From sequence record PV037725.1: a DNA stretch of 64,000 nt, one strand, 5' to 3'. The translations under genes and the position numbers were made by a program. Within the stretch, counting starts at the first letter, position 1; each line of letters opens with the position of its first letter. Below, in pieces: positions 38,064-47,612 of this stretch. Below the pieces are notes generated by a model. The model made no database searches and had not been told where the DNA came from. It worked only from the letters and a program-made list of their open reading frames with translations.

Positions 38064-38549
38064 ATGAAACAATACGTAATTAGTTACCTCAACTTCCCAG
38101 TTACCGATATTAGCTCGTACGGTTATGTGAAAGCTATTAATAAAGCTGAAGACAACACGATCGATCTTGCATTGACTAATAATCCTAAGGTCGCGCAGAA
38201 GTTCGGAGCTGAGGCAGGTGAAGTCGCGGGATGGTTGGCCAACATGACTGATGCCAACATGGCATTTCGTGTACTAGAGTTCGAAGAGCGTGTCGTCGAA
38301 CCACAACCCACATCCGGTTTGTTAGTTATCGACCAAGCAACGTACCACGTCATTGGATCTACCATACCACCTATGCCTGGCGCAACTAGCGTTGAGTATT
38401 ATCTGGGTGTGGACATAACTGATAAGTCAAAACGTCTTGATGTCAAGCATCATACCAATGAATTACTGGCTGGTGATTTCGTCACGCAGGTACATTTAGA
38501 TGATGAGCGGTTCATTGGCGCCAATAATCTACTTATCCGTTTCAATTAA
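38064..38549 (+). CDS. hypothetical protein
   Basis: GGAG RBS. Confidence 0.75.
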   Translation: MKQYVISYLNFPVTDISSYGYVKAINKAEDNTIDLALTNNPKVAQKFGAEAGEVAGWLANMTDANMAFRVLEFEERVVEPQPTSGLLVIDQATYHVIGSTIPPMPGATSVEYYLGVDITDKSKRLDVKHHTNELLAGDFVTQVHLDDERFIGANNLLIRFN

Positions 38550-38566
38550 ATAAAAGGTAAGATACA

Positions 38567-39943
38567 ATGGCTAGTAAGTTTGCAGCAGTTCGTGAGGAAA
38601 CGCGGGCTCTGGTTAAAGTAGTTGCAGTTGATTTCTTGACCGCGATCAAGAAGGCTGACTTCGTAGAGTTGGCACATGTTGGTGGTTGGCAGTGCGTAGT
38701 TAAGAAAGGTGAGTTCCAGCCTGGCGATCGTGCGATGTATATCGAGATCGATTCGTTGCTACCGGTTAGTCAGCCTGAGTTTGCATTCCTCGGTGAACGC
38801 AGTGAAGGTCTCAGGACTATCGACGACGTATTGTACTCGCGGATTCGAACCATCAAACTTCGTGGTGAGCTTTCGCAGGGTCTGTTGCTCCCGCTACCTG
38901 GACGTTTTCGTGCGGAGAAGATTGGTGCTAACTTGACCAACAAACTAGATGTCCGAAAATTTGAGGAAGTCATCCTCAATAGTAACGGTCTAGATGCACG
39001 ATTGAATACTGAGTCTAAAACTTGGCACGAGCGCCTGATCAAGTGGGTTGCTGGTAAGCCTGCACCATCTCAGTTTAGCCCATGGCCTGCACACCTATCT
39101 AAGTCCGATCAGGAACGCGTTCAGAACATCGGTAACCGCTTCGCAGAATCCGCTAACAATGGCGAACTGTTTGAAGAGACCGTTAAATTGGATGGTCAAT
39201 CGATGACTGTCTTCGATGTCAATACTGGCATTGACGATGGGCGTCTGACTGGTGTCTGCTCGCGGAACTATCAGTTGTCGTTGAACGACATCCACTTTAC
39301 TTGGGAACAAACTATCCGTCGCTTCTTCGCACAGAACCTGTTTGCTTTGGTTAGTGGTGTAAGTGGTGTCTGGCGCAGCATTCAACAAATTTCTGGCTTG
39401 GTGCGTAATAAAGAATTGACTCCGATTGAAGGGATCAAAGAATTCTTCGATCGTAAGTTCTTCTGGTTCACTGGGCCTAAGCGTATGATCTCGGCACGTG
39501 ACGAATCGTGTGTGGCATACACCTTGGACAACCTTGTTCTGCACAATCTGGTTAAGTGGAACACCCTCAACAACGAACGTATCTCTGTCCAGGGTGAACT
39601 CGTCGGTCCGGGTATTCAGAATAACTACGAACAAGTTGAAGAACGTCAGTTCTATGTGTATCAGGTGTACCGCGATGGTAACAAGAAGGTCTTACCTGCT
39701 GAAGCCCGGCGGATCACCAATGAACTGGGTCTGAAATACGTACCACTGTTGAACTCTGCAACTCCACTCCCCAACACGATCAAAGACGTCTTGAAACGTG
39801 CAGCAGGTAAAGGGGCATTGAACCCCGAAGTGAAGCGTGAGGGTATCGTGTTCAAGTCGGTAGACCGTGACTTTAGCTTTAAGGTAATCAGTAATGACTA
39901 CCTACTACAGAAAGAGAAAGCACTGGACGCTGAAGAAGCTTAA
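38567..39943 (+). CDS. ATP-dependent RNA ligase, DRB0094-like (Rnl2 superfamily)
   Basis: GWQCVVKKGEF, EIDS, GELSQGL, motif I KLDG, QGELVG, EGIVFK, FKVISNDYL. Confidence 0.9.
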   Translation: MASKFAAVREETRALVKVVAVDFLTAIKKADFVELAHVGGWQCVVKKGEFQPGDRAMYIEIDSLLPVSQPEFAFLGERSEGLRTIDDVLYSRIRTIKLRGELSQGLLLPLPGRFRAEKIGANLTNKLDVRKFEEVILNSNGLDARLNTESKTWHERLIKWVAGKPAPSQFSPWPAHLSKSDQERVQNIGNRFAESANNGELFEETVKLDGQSMTVFDVNTGIDDGRLTGVCSRNYQLSLNDIHFTWEQTIRRFFAQNLFALVSGVSGVWRSIQQISGLVRNKELTPIEGIKEFFDRKFFWFTGPKRMISARDESCVAYTLDNLVLHNLVKWNTLNNERISVQGELVGPGIQNNYEQVEERQFYVYQVYRDGNKKVLPAEARRITNELGLKYVPLLNSATPLPNTIKDVLKRAAGKGALNPEVKREGIVFKSVDRDFSFKVISNDYLLQKEKALDAEEA

Positions 39944-39951
39944 TCTAATGT

Positions 39952-39976
39952 GGGTTCCTTAGGGAACCCCTTTATG
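39952..39976 (+). terminator. intrinsic terminator
   Basis: GGGTTCC-TTAG-GGAACCC-CTTTATG. Confidence 0.8.
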
Positions 39977-39984
39977 GGGGTTAT

Positions 39985-40356
39985 ATGTGGCATGAGATCT
40001 TGTCGCGTTATGAGGGACTATCTGTAACAGATGCATTTAATCAATGCCTCAAAGACCGCGTGGGATTTCTAAGAGGGTCTCTACAGGTAGGACATCAGTG
40101 GTTTGGTATTGATGGCTATGGGTTACTACACTACGGTAGTCTAGATGTGGTAAAATACAATCTTTACAAACCGGTAGTTAGTTTTGGACGACACTTCACC
40201 ATTCATTGGACTGACCGTGTATTTGACCATCGTAGAACACTACCTGGCTTCACAGATGTGAGCCAACTCGATGGTGTGGAATTAGACTCGTTCAATACCC
40301 AACTTGAACATTGCCGTGAGCAGTACAGCGAACAAATAATCGGTAGGAGTTTCTAA
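39985..40356 (+). CDS. hypothetical protein
   Basis: tiled ORF. Confidence 0.7.
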   Translation: MWHEILSRYEGLSVTDAFNQCLKDRVGFLRGSLQVGHQWFGIDGYGLLHYGSLDVVKYNLYKPVVSFGRHFTIHWTDRVFDHRRTLPGFTDVSQLDGVELDSFNTQLEHCREQYSEQIIGRSF

Positions 40357-40907
40357 TGGACCCTAAATCTGGGCTGCGCCCTTACTTGCAAGACGACGTT
40401 GAGGATATTGTCAACGCATTGATTGATGATCAAGGGAATGTAAATTCACAGATCATGATTGTGGTCAATGGTCGTAACCGTTGGGTAAACGTGGGGTTGA
40501 TTCTGAATACAGCCAAGTTTATTTGGGATCGTTGTGAGCCAACACCGATTGCAGATACCTTACATGAGATGTTCACTACCGCCTTCACCGACTACGTACC
40601 ACCCGTAGATATCATCGATGGGTTTGGTGAGGCCCCACGTAAGTTAATCCGTGCAGGCTTGACTAAACGTGATGGCATACTGACAGCTTCTTTGACGTAT
40701 AAGCGTCAGTTCGGTACACAGACCTTTGGGCGTGATCGTACCGAGTACTACGTTTCTGGACCATTGACTAAATACCAGCAAACTTATCTGATGCACCTAC
40801 TACTGGCTCACGGTACTGGTGGCCATGTAGGCCACGGTATGGTAGACTGGGATCTTTATGCTGACATCGAGACAGGTGAGAACCGTTTCGAATTGAGGAA
40901 CCAATGA
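40356..40907 (+). CDS. hypothetical protein
   Basis: coupled ORF. Confidence 0.75.
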   Translation: MDPKSGLRPYLQDDVEDIVNALIDDQGNVNSQIMIVVNGRNRWVNVGLILNTAKFIWDRCEPTPIADTLHEMFTTAFTDYVPPVDIIDGFGEAPRKLIRAGLTKRDGILTASLTYKRQFGTQTFGRDRTEYYVSGPLTKYQQTYLMHLLLAHGTGGHVGHGMVDWDLYADIETGENRFELRNQ

Positions 40908-41122
40908 AGACAGTTACTCGTGACATTATCTTGCTTAGTGCCGGACAGTTTCTAGGTGACACCCAATACCTAAGGTCAATGATCGAGGGTTACCCGGCAT
41001 TGTTTGTAACTCCAGCAAAGCGAGGCGATTGCAAGAACGATCATGGAGATCGCACTAACCACCGATTGAAAGACCAACCCTTCTACGCACGTAACAAAAC
41101 TGGGAAGATGAAATCATGGTAA
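40904..41122 (+). CDS. hypothetical protein
   Basis: ATGA coupling. Confidence 0.65.
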   Translation: MKTVTRDIILLSAGQFLGDTQYLRSMIEGYPALFVTPAKRGDCKNDHGDRTNHRLKDQPFYARNKTGKMKSW

Positions 41123-41598
41123 ACTACCTGCGTGAGCTTCACGATATTGTTGATCCACATTACAGTGACGAAATCGTTGCTGAAGTAACTGGTAATGACT
41201 ACATCGCTGCTGTAAATGGTTTGATGGTTAACGTCCGATTCACTTTGGACCGTCTGGTCCGTGAAGCTATTCAACAAGCTGCCGATCAATTTCGTGAAGA
41301 GCATAAAGTCGTTCAAAGCGAAATCAAGTACATGGCGCTGACCGGCAAACTAGTGCTATGCTCACCGTTTGTTGAAAGCATCATTGAAGATAAGCGTTGT
41401 AACTTCATCATCTCTAATAACGAGCAGATGGACAATAAAATGGTAGTACTGTCGAAGATCAAGCCATTCAACATCGGCGACTACGCACTGATGCCCTTTG
41501 CTGCTGGCGAGGATAAAGTCGGTATTCGTTTCGCAGTTAAGTTTGATCTTACTGATGTCGTGGGCGGTGCTACCTACACGATTAACGAGGGTTACTAA
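41116..41598 (+). CDS. hypothetical protein
   Basis: tiled ORF. Confidence 0.75.
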   Translation: MVNYLRELHDIVDPHYSDEIVAEVTGNDYIAAVNGLMVNVRFTLDRLVREAIQQAADQFREEHKVVQSEIKYMALTGKLVLCSPFVESIIEDKRCNFIISNNEQMDNKMVVLSKIKPFNIGDYALMPFAAGEDKVGIRFAVKFDLTDVVGGATYTINEGY

Positions 41599-42378
41599 AT
41601 GCGCAGGGAACAATGGGTTGAGACCGAAGAGTGGGCTCGTATGGAAATGCGGATGTACGGCTATGGTGAACACTTGATGTTGCCAGAGGCTGAACTGGAG
41701 GCATACACCAGCAGTTTGTTAAAACGTCTTGGGTCTTACGTACGTGTGAATACTGCCACACCAATGGCTAACGACCCTAAGGTGCGTACACTTTGGTGGG
41801 TATGGTTGCACCTTGACGAGGATCAGCGCACATTTGTAAAAGAATGTGATATCGACGATGTGATTGGGCGTTCGACTAAAGCGATGGCTTACCATCCGGC
41901 ATTACTGAAAGACATGCTCGCACCGAGGAGCTTCCTTTATTACTGGTCCGCAGGTAAATGGGTTGAGGCTGTACATGGTCAGACCCCTAAATGCATCAAG
42001 TCAGTACCACGTGAGATTACACTCAAGTTGTTCCATGAGATGCATACTGATCCGAAGTATGCTCGTCACCAGAACTTGGCCATTTGCTACCTGGATAACC
42101 TTGAAGACGTCATGGCGTACTTGGGCGAGGGTTACGTATTTCTGGCAGGTAACGATGAACGGTTGATAATCTCCACATCTAAAGGTAATGCCCAGATTCT
42201 GAAAGACCAATGGATCTGGTTTACCAAAGAAGGTTTGAAACATGGGAATCTAAAAACATTCGCATCGTATCGTGCATCAGTAGTTGACCCGCGCGACGCA
42301 CCTGGGTATTGGGTTAAGCCCACAAAACCAGTAACGGATGTATTGCCGACGATCTGTCCAGAGATTAACTATGCCTAA
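41599..42378 (+). CDS. hypothetical protein
   Basis: GAGG RBS. Confidence 0.75.
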   Translation: MRREQWVETEEWARMEMRMYGYGEHLMLPEAELEAYTSSLLKRLGSYVRVNTATPMANDPKVRTLWWVWLHLDEDQRTFVKECDIDDVIGRSTKAMAYHPALLKDMLAPRSFLYYWSAGKWVEAVHGQTPKCIKSVPREITLKLFHEMHTDPKYARHQNLAICYLDNLEDVMAYLGEGYVFLAGNDERLIISTSKGNAQILKDQWIWFTKEGLKHGNLKTFASYRASVVDPRDAPGYWVKPTKPVTDVLPTICPEINYA

Positions 42379-42571
42379 GGATCTTGATCCGCCCGTTAAC
42401 TTTGATCTTGAAAGAATGAAAGCCTCATTGGCCAGTGGGACTATTAGTTTCCCACGTGGTCTGGGTCGAGCAAGACAGCAGTACCTACGTGATAACAATA
42501 AACGGTTTGAGGCACCACCTGTAAAAGAATTCCATGGTGCTGAATGTGTCCGCGGTTTGATACTTGGTTAA
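42371..42571 (+). CDS. small hypothetical protein
   Basis: FDLERMKASLASG..FP.GL segment; overlaps upstream stop. Confidence 0.65.
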   Translation: MPKDLDPPVNFDLERMKASLASGTISFPRGLGRARQQYLRDNNKRFEAPPVKEFHGAECVRGLILG

Positions 42572-42609
42572 CCCATTGTATGAAACTAACCTAAACAAGG
42601 AATACTGCT

Positions 42610-42696
42610 ATGAAAGTTAAAGAACTGGTTATCGGCTGTGACGAAATCAAATTCGGTGAAGAGTACGAGGGTTTCGATGAATACGAGGGCTTCTAA
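42610..42696 (+). CDS. 28 aa acidic peptide (not in ORF track)
   Basis: AAGGAA RBS; MKVKELVIGCDEIKFGEEYEGFDEYEGF. Confidence 0.65.
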   Translation: MKVKELVIGCDEIKFGEEYEGFDEYEGF

Positions 42697-42698
42697 CT

Positions 42699-42737
42699 AT
42701 GACGTACGTCCAGACATCTGAAGAGGAATGGGTATGA
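42699..42737 (+). CDS. possible 12 aa peptide
   Basis: MTYVQTSEEEWV; ATG 2 nt after upstream stop, ATGA-coupled downstream. Confidence 0.35.
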   Translation: MTYVQTSEEEWV

Positions 42738-42823
42738 GCAAAGAAACTATCATCGACGAGCGCCCAGATATCATCACCGATGAGCACGATGATCTCGGCA
42801 TTCGTGAAGAAGACTGGATCTAA
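42734..42823 (+). CDS. 29 aa acidic peptide (not in ORF track)
   Basis: GAGGA RBS; MSKETIIDERPDIITDEHDDLGIREEDWI. Confidence 0.65.
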   Translation: MSKETIIDERPDIITDEHDDLGIREEDWI

Positions 42824-42831
42824 CCATAGGT

Positions 42832-42860
42832 GAGTCCCTTCGGGGACTCCCTTTTATTTC
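42832..42860 (+). terminator. intrinsic terminator
   Basis: GAGTCCC-TTCG-GGGACTC-CCTTTTATT. Confidence 0.85.
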
Positions 42861-42880
42861 ATTTTTAGCTAGAGGCTTAT

Positions 42881-43573
42881 ATGTCATTCAATCTTAACAT
42901 CATCAAACGTCTGAAGAAAGCTGGTTACTCGGAACTCAATCTCGATACACCAACCACGGGTAAAATAGCTCATCTGGTATATCTCACCAATGAAGACGAA
43001 GGCGATCGGATCTATTTCCAATCCACTCGTGCTATCCCAAGTGCGTTTGGGTTGTTTCAACGTTTCTTGAGGACAGGTAAAGCCACATATCTGCCCGCCC
43101 CTGTAGAACACGCAATGACTTGGTCTAAAGTCCAGTTTGCTGAACTGCATGTAAAAGTATTCTACAAGAAGAATATCTTTGTTGATCCGACACTGGTCAA
43201 GCAACTTGCTAAAGAGTTCCACGTTGTTGAACGTAAACCACGTGCAGTAGGTGGTGCCACCTCAGTTCTGAAGTTGTCTATTAAAGGTGTGAAGGGTTAT
43301 AAGCTAGTAACTACTACTGGGACGCACGCTAAGGCCATTTCTAACTTCATTAGCAGCTCTAAGGCACTTGTAGGTGCAACTTACAAAGTCGCTGCTGTAT
43401 CGCATCGTGAGTGGGCTATTCGCAATCAACTCCATTTGTCAACGGCTAACGTTGAATGTCAAGTGTTGGCTGAGAATCTGCTGGGTGGCGCTGCCGGTGT
43501 GATTGTCCGAATGACTATGGACACTGAACCTAACAAATCACTGCTGTTGAATCACCACGGCGTACGAGGCTAA
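42881..43573 (+). CDS. basic hypothetical protein
   Basis: GAGG RBS. Confidence 0.75.
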   Translation: MSFNLNIIKRLKKAGYSELNLDTPTTGKIAHLVYLTNEDEGDRIYFQSTRAIPSAFGLFQRFLRTGKATYLPAPVEHAMTWSKVQFAELHVKVFYKKNIFVDPTLVKQLAKEFHVVERKPRAVGGATSVLKLSIKGVKGYKLVTTTGTHAKAISNFISSSKALVGATYKVAAVSHREWAIRNQLHLSTANVECQVLAENLLGGAAGVIVRMTMDTEPNKSLLLNHHGVRG

Positions 43574-43574
43574 T

Positions 43575-43973
43575 ATGGACCCATATCCACACGGAACGAA
43601 ACACCTTAAAGGTAAGGAATGGATCGTTGCACAGTTTCATTGTGCTGGTTTTCTACTACTGCTATTAACCGTCTGGTTGATCCATGTACTGTTCGTTGGT
43701 TGGTATCAATACCTTTTCAAAGCTGAAGGGTATTTGATCAAGGCGCATGACATCACCGAGGATGTCGAACACAACAATTACAAATGGTGGAACAAGCATC
43801 ATTGTGAAGCTGCTTTCAAAGCGACTGTGTTAAACGATCCAGATGACCTGGTATTGTTTACATGGCGAGTTCACCCACTGTTCCTCAGTAACGATATTCT
43901 TTACATCAAGTCTAAAGGTTATTCCGCCAAGATCTTTAACGAGAAAGAAAAGATTTACCACGCGGATCAATAG
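43575..43973 (+). CDS. hypothetical protein with one membrane helix
   Basis: GFLLLLLTVWLIHVLFV segment. Confidence 0.7.
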   Translation: MDPYPHGTKHLKGKEWIVAQFHCAGFLLLLLTVWLIHVLFVGWYQYLFKAEGYLIKAHDITEDVEHNNYKWWNKHHCEAAFKATVLNDPDDLVLFTWRVHPLFLSNDILYIKSKGYSAKIFNEKEKIYHADQ

Positions 43974-44007
43974 TCTGTAACACGTTCAATTACTTAAGAG
44001 GTTCACC

Positions 44008-44628
44008 ATGAATGCAATCGTAGGAACTAAGTTGGCACCACAGGGCGTATTTAACCTTGTTGGCCTACTACCAAAAGAACTTCAAGATCGGTTCCGTAAG
44101 GAATGCTGGGTTGAAGAGAAACAAGATGAGACTGAGTTCGTAGCTGACCCGGTTATGAAGTACGACCATGTACTAGGTTTGACTTGGTTGACCAATGAGG
44201 GTATCCCTAATACCCAAGAGGAACTGGATGCTCAACGTGAGTTCCTTTTCCAGACCATGATCTCTGGACCTGAGCGCTACAACATCGGTGAGTTCTTCGT
44301 ACTGTTCCCAAACATCGTCTACACAAGTAGCGACATCGGTGACAAACTGATGATCGTTGAAGTCATGGACGAGTTGGAATTCCCAGCGAATATCGACTTG
44401 ACCACTCAAGCTCTGGCTGAGTATAACCAGTACGGTTATATGAATCGTGAAGCTCTGGCTATCAGGGCAGCACTGCGGTCTTACATCACTGAAGGTAAGA
44501 TCAAGATTCACGAAGGTAACATGCGCATGTACGCTTGTTCGGAACAATACAAGTTCGAAGCGAACTATAAAAACCCGGACGAGAAACCACTGTCATTCAA
44601 AGAACTAGCGCGACGTCGTCGTAGCTAA
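44008..44628 (+). CDS. hypothetical protein
   Basis: GAGG RBS. Confidence 0.8.
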   Translation: MNAIVGTKLAPQGVFNLVGLLPKELQDRFRKECWVEEKQDETEFVADPVMKYDHVLGLTWLTNEGIPNTQEELDAQREFLFQTMISGPERYNIGEFFVLFPNIVYTSSDIGDKLMIVEVMDELEFPANIDLTTQALAEYNQYGYMNREALAIRAALRSYITEGKIKIHEGNMRMYACSEQYKFEANYKNPDEKPLSFKELARRRRS

Positions 44629-44638
44629 GGGGTGACCC

Positions 44639-44749
44639 ATGCGTTTTGCGATTAGCCTGATTTTTTCAATCGTTATCGTTGGTGGCATGGGTTACAGTCT
44701 TAACCAAACTGTAATTCAAAGACACCATTTGGAGCACAGCAATGAGTAG
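44639..44749 (+). CDS. 36 aa membrane peptide (not in ORF track)
   Basis: MRFAISLIFSIVIVGGMGYSLNQ...; GGGGTG RBS. Confidence 0.55.
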   Translation: MRFAISLIFSIVIVGGMGYSLNQTVIQRHHLEHSNE

Positions 44750-45164
44750 CACACAACATACTCACGCTATGCTGTTGGCATTACAACTAGCTAGCGTGTT
44801 CAAACACGTAGACGATCTAGGAGTCCACCGCGAGAAGTTCAGTGGATTCACTCAGATCGAAGGGGAACACGGGGACGTCATAACTACTCAGTACATCGAG
44901 GGTTCCCGTAAAGGTAGAAATTACGTAGAGGCGATTGTTAATGCCGAGCGTAATGGTTTCAGGTTTCGTCAGCAATATAACTTCGGTATCCTACTGGAAC
45001 TTGAGGTCTGCTATCTACATTCTAATGGTGATTATCGATCACTGTTGGAAGCCATTAAGTACGGGGCAGAGGAAGATGCGGATCTAACCGAACTCATGAT
45101 TGATTTTGAGTATTGCATTTCAATCTTCACTGAACACGTTGCAAATAACCTGAAACTCGCTTAG
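44742..45164 (+). CDS. hypothetical protein
   Basis: GGAG RBS. Confidence 0.75.
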   Translation: MSSTQHTHAMLLALQLASVFKHVDDLGVHREKFSGFTQIEGEHGDVITTQYIEGSRKGRNYVEAIVNAERNGFRFRQQYNFGILLELEVCYLHSNGDYRSLLEAIKYGAEEDADLTELMIDFEYCISIFTEHVANNLKLA

Positions 45165-45172
45165 GTATTCAC

Positions 45173-45754
45173 ATGACTAACGTAGTAGATCAACTGATTC
45201 AGGATGCCATTGCTGGTGGCCGTGATGTAGAGGTAGCTGTAGGGGATTACGAATTACAGTTCGAAGTCTGGTTCAACTATTTCCATAGCCGAGTTGGCGT
45301 AAGAACCTTGTTTGAGAAAGCGACGATCTACGATGATCTAACCTTTAACTTAGATGGTTATGAGCCAACCCTGTTCCCAGTAGTAAATCAACTGCTCAAA
45401 GGCATGACTACTATTGGTATGGATTTCATTAAGCCTTCAGTAACTGGTCCTGTACCAGACGAGCTTAAAGAAACATTCGGTGCAATGATTGCCGATGACA
45501 TGGATGATCTTTACTGGGTGTTGTTTACTATCGTTGAGCAAGGACATCCTCTTAAGGGCGTGAGATATGCCACGGCTTACCGTGAGGGTGAATTGATCTA
45601 TCCACCGGTAGATCCAACCTTTACGGAATCCTACGAGGATATGCACGTCCATGAAATGGCGCGTGGGATCTTCATCGACAAACGTGAACGCTTCTTCAAG
45701 ATGGTTCGTCCTGAACTATTCAAGACTGACGAAAAGGGAAACCTACTACCATGA
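45173..45754 (+). CDS. acidic hypothetical protein
   Basis: tiled ORF. Confidence 0.75.
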   Translation: MTNVVDQLIQDAIAGGRDVEVAVGDYELQFEVWFNYFHSRVGVRTLFEKATIYDDLTFNLDGYEPTLFPVVNQLLKGMTTIGMDFIKPSVTGPVPDELKETFGAMIADDMDDLYWVLFTIVEQGHPLKGVRYATAYREGELIYPPVDPTFTESYEDMHVHEMARGIFIDKRERFFKMVRPELFKTDEKGNLLP

Positions 45755-46365
45755 CTGACGCAGAACTGTTTAATAAGATCCAGCACATCGTAGATTCCTT
45801 TGGCGTTGATGCTGGTGATTTCAAAGGTAATCCTGTTGACACAGCCGCATTTGTAATGGGTGTCAGTAGCGTAAACGCCTATGTCGACTTTGATGGACCA
45901 CTTCGACCTTGGACTCGCGCATTGCAGATGGGTCGACTGATGCATCTGTTTTACGATGCACCAGGCCCAATCAGTATTGCTATGGCGCTTTACACCATCG
46001 AGGGCGCGTTGTCCGAGCCGATTCATGTACGTAACAATCTGATTAAAGGCATCGGCTTTACCATGTCAGCTTATGCCCACCGCATCTTCAAGGCAGCTTT
46101 GGATGGGATCGAGTGTCATACCACACGCACCTATCACATCTTGAAGCATATCCAACAGTTGGCTGTTACACGTCGTATTCTCCTTACCCCAGGTATGAGT
46201 ATGGAACTCGACTTTATCCAACACCAAATCGGTCAAGCCAATATGGGATTGATCCCATTCTGTAACGAAGATGTGGATGCCCACCCAGTAGCCCGCGAGA
46301 TGCTTCGTCAGTACATCGAAGAGGTACAGCGACTTATCCAACCGGAGGTTAAAGATGCTGCATAA
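45751..46365 (+). CDS. hypothetical protein
   Basis: ATGA coupling. Confidence 0.75.
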   Translation: MTDAELFNKIQHIVDSFGVDAGDFKGNPVDTAAFVMGVSSVNAYVDFDGPLRPWTRALQMGRLMHLFYDAPGPISIAMALYTIEGALSEPIHVRNNLIKGIGFTMSAYAHRIFKAALDGIECHTTRTYHILKHIQQLAVTRRILLTPGMSMELDFIQHQIGQANMGLIPFCNEDVDAHPVAREMLRQYIEEVQRLIQPEVKDAA

Positions 46366-46699
46366 AGTTTTAGCTGTGTTCGGCATTCTGGCATTGGTTA
46401 GTTGTAATCCTTCCTATGCTGCTGAACAACCCCTCGAGATGACTGCAACGAACTGCACTAAAGTCAAAACAATGGCTCGCCAAATCGTCATAGACCTACA
46501 ACAAGGCGCTAGTCAATATCAAGTCATGCGTTCTTTGAATACACGTCCCATGGGTGATTATGGGACTAATGGCGAGATAGTCAAACTGTACTTGCAAGTT
46601 AATACCAGCGCACTTACCCGCAATGTCTTTAAAGGCTATCGTTTGGGTGAGATTCTAAAGGTTGTAGAGAAAGACTGTCTGGCACAAGTTAAGACATAA
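46355..46699 (+). CDS. exported / lipoprotein-like hypothetical protein
   Basis: signal peptide with LVSC; GGAGG RBS. Confidence 0.7.
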   Translation: MLHKVLAVFGILALVSCNPSYAAEQPLEMTATNCTKVKTMARQIVIDLQQGASQYQVMRSLNTRPMGDYGTNGEIVKLYLQVNTSALTRNVFKGYRLGEILKVVEKDCLAQVKT

Positions 46700-46704
46700 T
46701 AGAA

Positions 46705-46730
46705 CCCTCCCGCAATGGGAGGGCTTTATG
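46705..46730 (+). terminator. intrinsic terminator
   Basis: CCCTCCC-GCAAT-GGGAGGG-CTTTATG. Confidence 0.8.
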
Positions 46731-46735
46731 CAGTC

Positions 46736-46773
46736 AACACATTTTATTTCAGATTTATATTACTACTGTGTAT
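46736..46773 (+). promoter_or_regulatory. early promoter
   Basis: TTTCAGATT-TATATTAC-TACT-GTGTAT. Confidence 0.85.
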
Positions 46774-46791
46774 AAATTTAAAGGTGTTCAG

Positions 46792-47256
46792 ATGGACCAT
46801 ACAAAATTATTAATCGACGGAAGCTGGATAAATCGGGGTACCACGGATGAACCTAATTGGGAACTCATGGTATTCCCGGTTGTAACTAAGATCGACGAAC
46901 AAGGTCACGTAGCTGGCTCGTTTCTATTAATAGAAGAGCAAACGCTTGGCCGGGTCAGTCCTTGGGCTAGTACCCTGAATAAACTGTTCAAAGAAAATGA
47001 ACCATCTAAGAATGTAACCTTGCACAGTTTGGGTGAGTATTTCGATGATGAAGGTTGGTGTTGGAGGTTGTTCCTCACCACCAAGATCCCATTCATTAAA
47101 GACAATGCCTTCGGTGCACAGGTCCACGATGGATATATGTTCCTTGACCACATCAAACCAAAAGATACTGAGGACGATCTCGATATGTGGATCTACGAAT
47201 CGCTTTGTGGTCTGACAGGTCCTCGCACAATAACATTCACACAGGAAACTAACTAA
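46792..47256 (+). CDS. hypothetical protein
   Basis: AAAGGTG RBS; first gene after promoter. Confidence 0.75.
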   Translation: MDHTKLLIDGSWINRGTTDEPNWELMVFPVVTKIDEQGHVAGSFLLIEEQTLGRVSPWASTLNKLFKENEPSKNVTLHSLGEYFDDEGWCWRLFLTTKIPFIKDNAFGAQVHDGYMFLDHIKPKDTEDDLDMWIYESLCGLTGPRTITFTQETN

Positions 47257-47612
47257 TGACTATCTTCTTTGAAGGTGACGGTAAATCTCGCCCAGTAACC
47301 ATTTCAGAATGCCGCGATCAATTCGTACATGCACTCAAAGAGATGCGCGATGAGATTCTGAATGACCCAACTCTTGAGGCGTATGAGGATACCCCTCAAC
47401 GTGATCGTGTAATCGCTGACCGTGTTATTGGTGGGGTACTGGATATCGCTGATGGCAATAGCCCTAATTTCCCGTCCATCAATCTGATCCCAACTGAAAA
47501 CCCTGAAGACATCGAAGAAGCTAAAGCCGCAGGTGCTAACTACTTCGACACTACAGAGTTCGCTGACTTTGGTGGTGGCCTTGGCGAATACTGGCGCCAG
47601 GTATCTAACTAA
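47256..47612 (+). CDS. acidic protein, possible paralog of 50137
   Basis: RD.....IGGVLD shared. Confidence 0.75.
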   Translation: MTIFFEGDGKSRPVTISECRDQFVHALKEMRDEILNDPTLEAYEDTPQRDRVIADRVIGGVLDIADGNSPNFPSINLIPTENPEDIEEAKAAGANYFDTTEFADFGGGLGEYWRQVSN

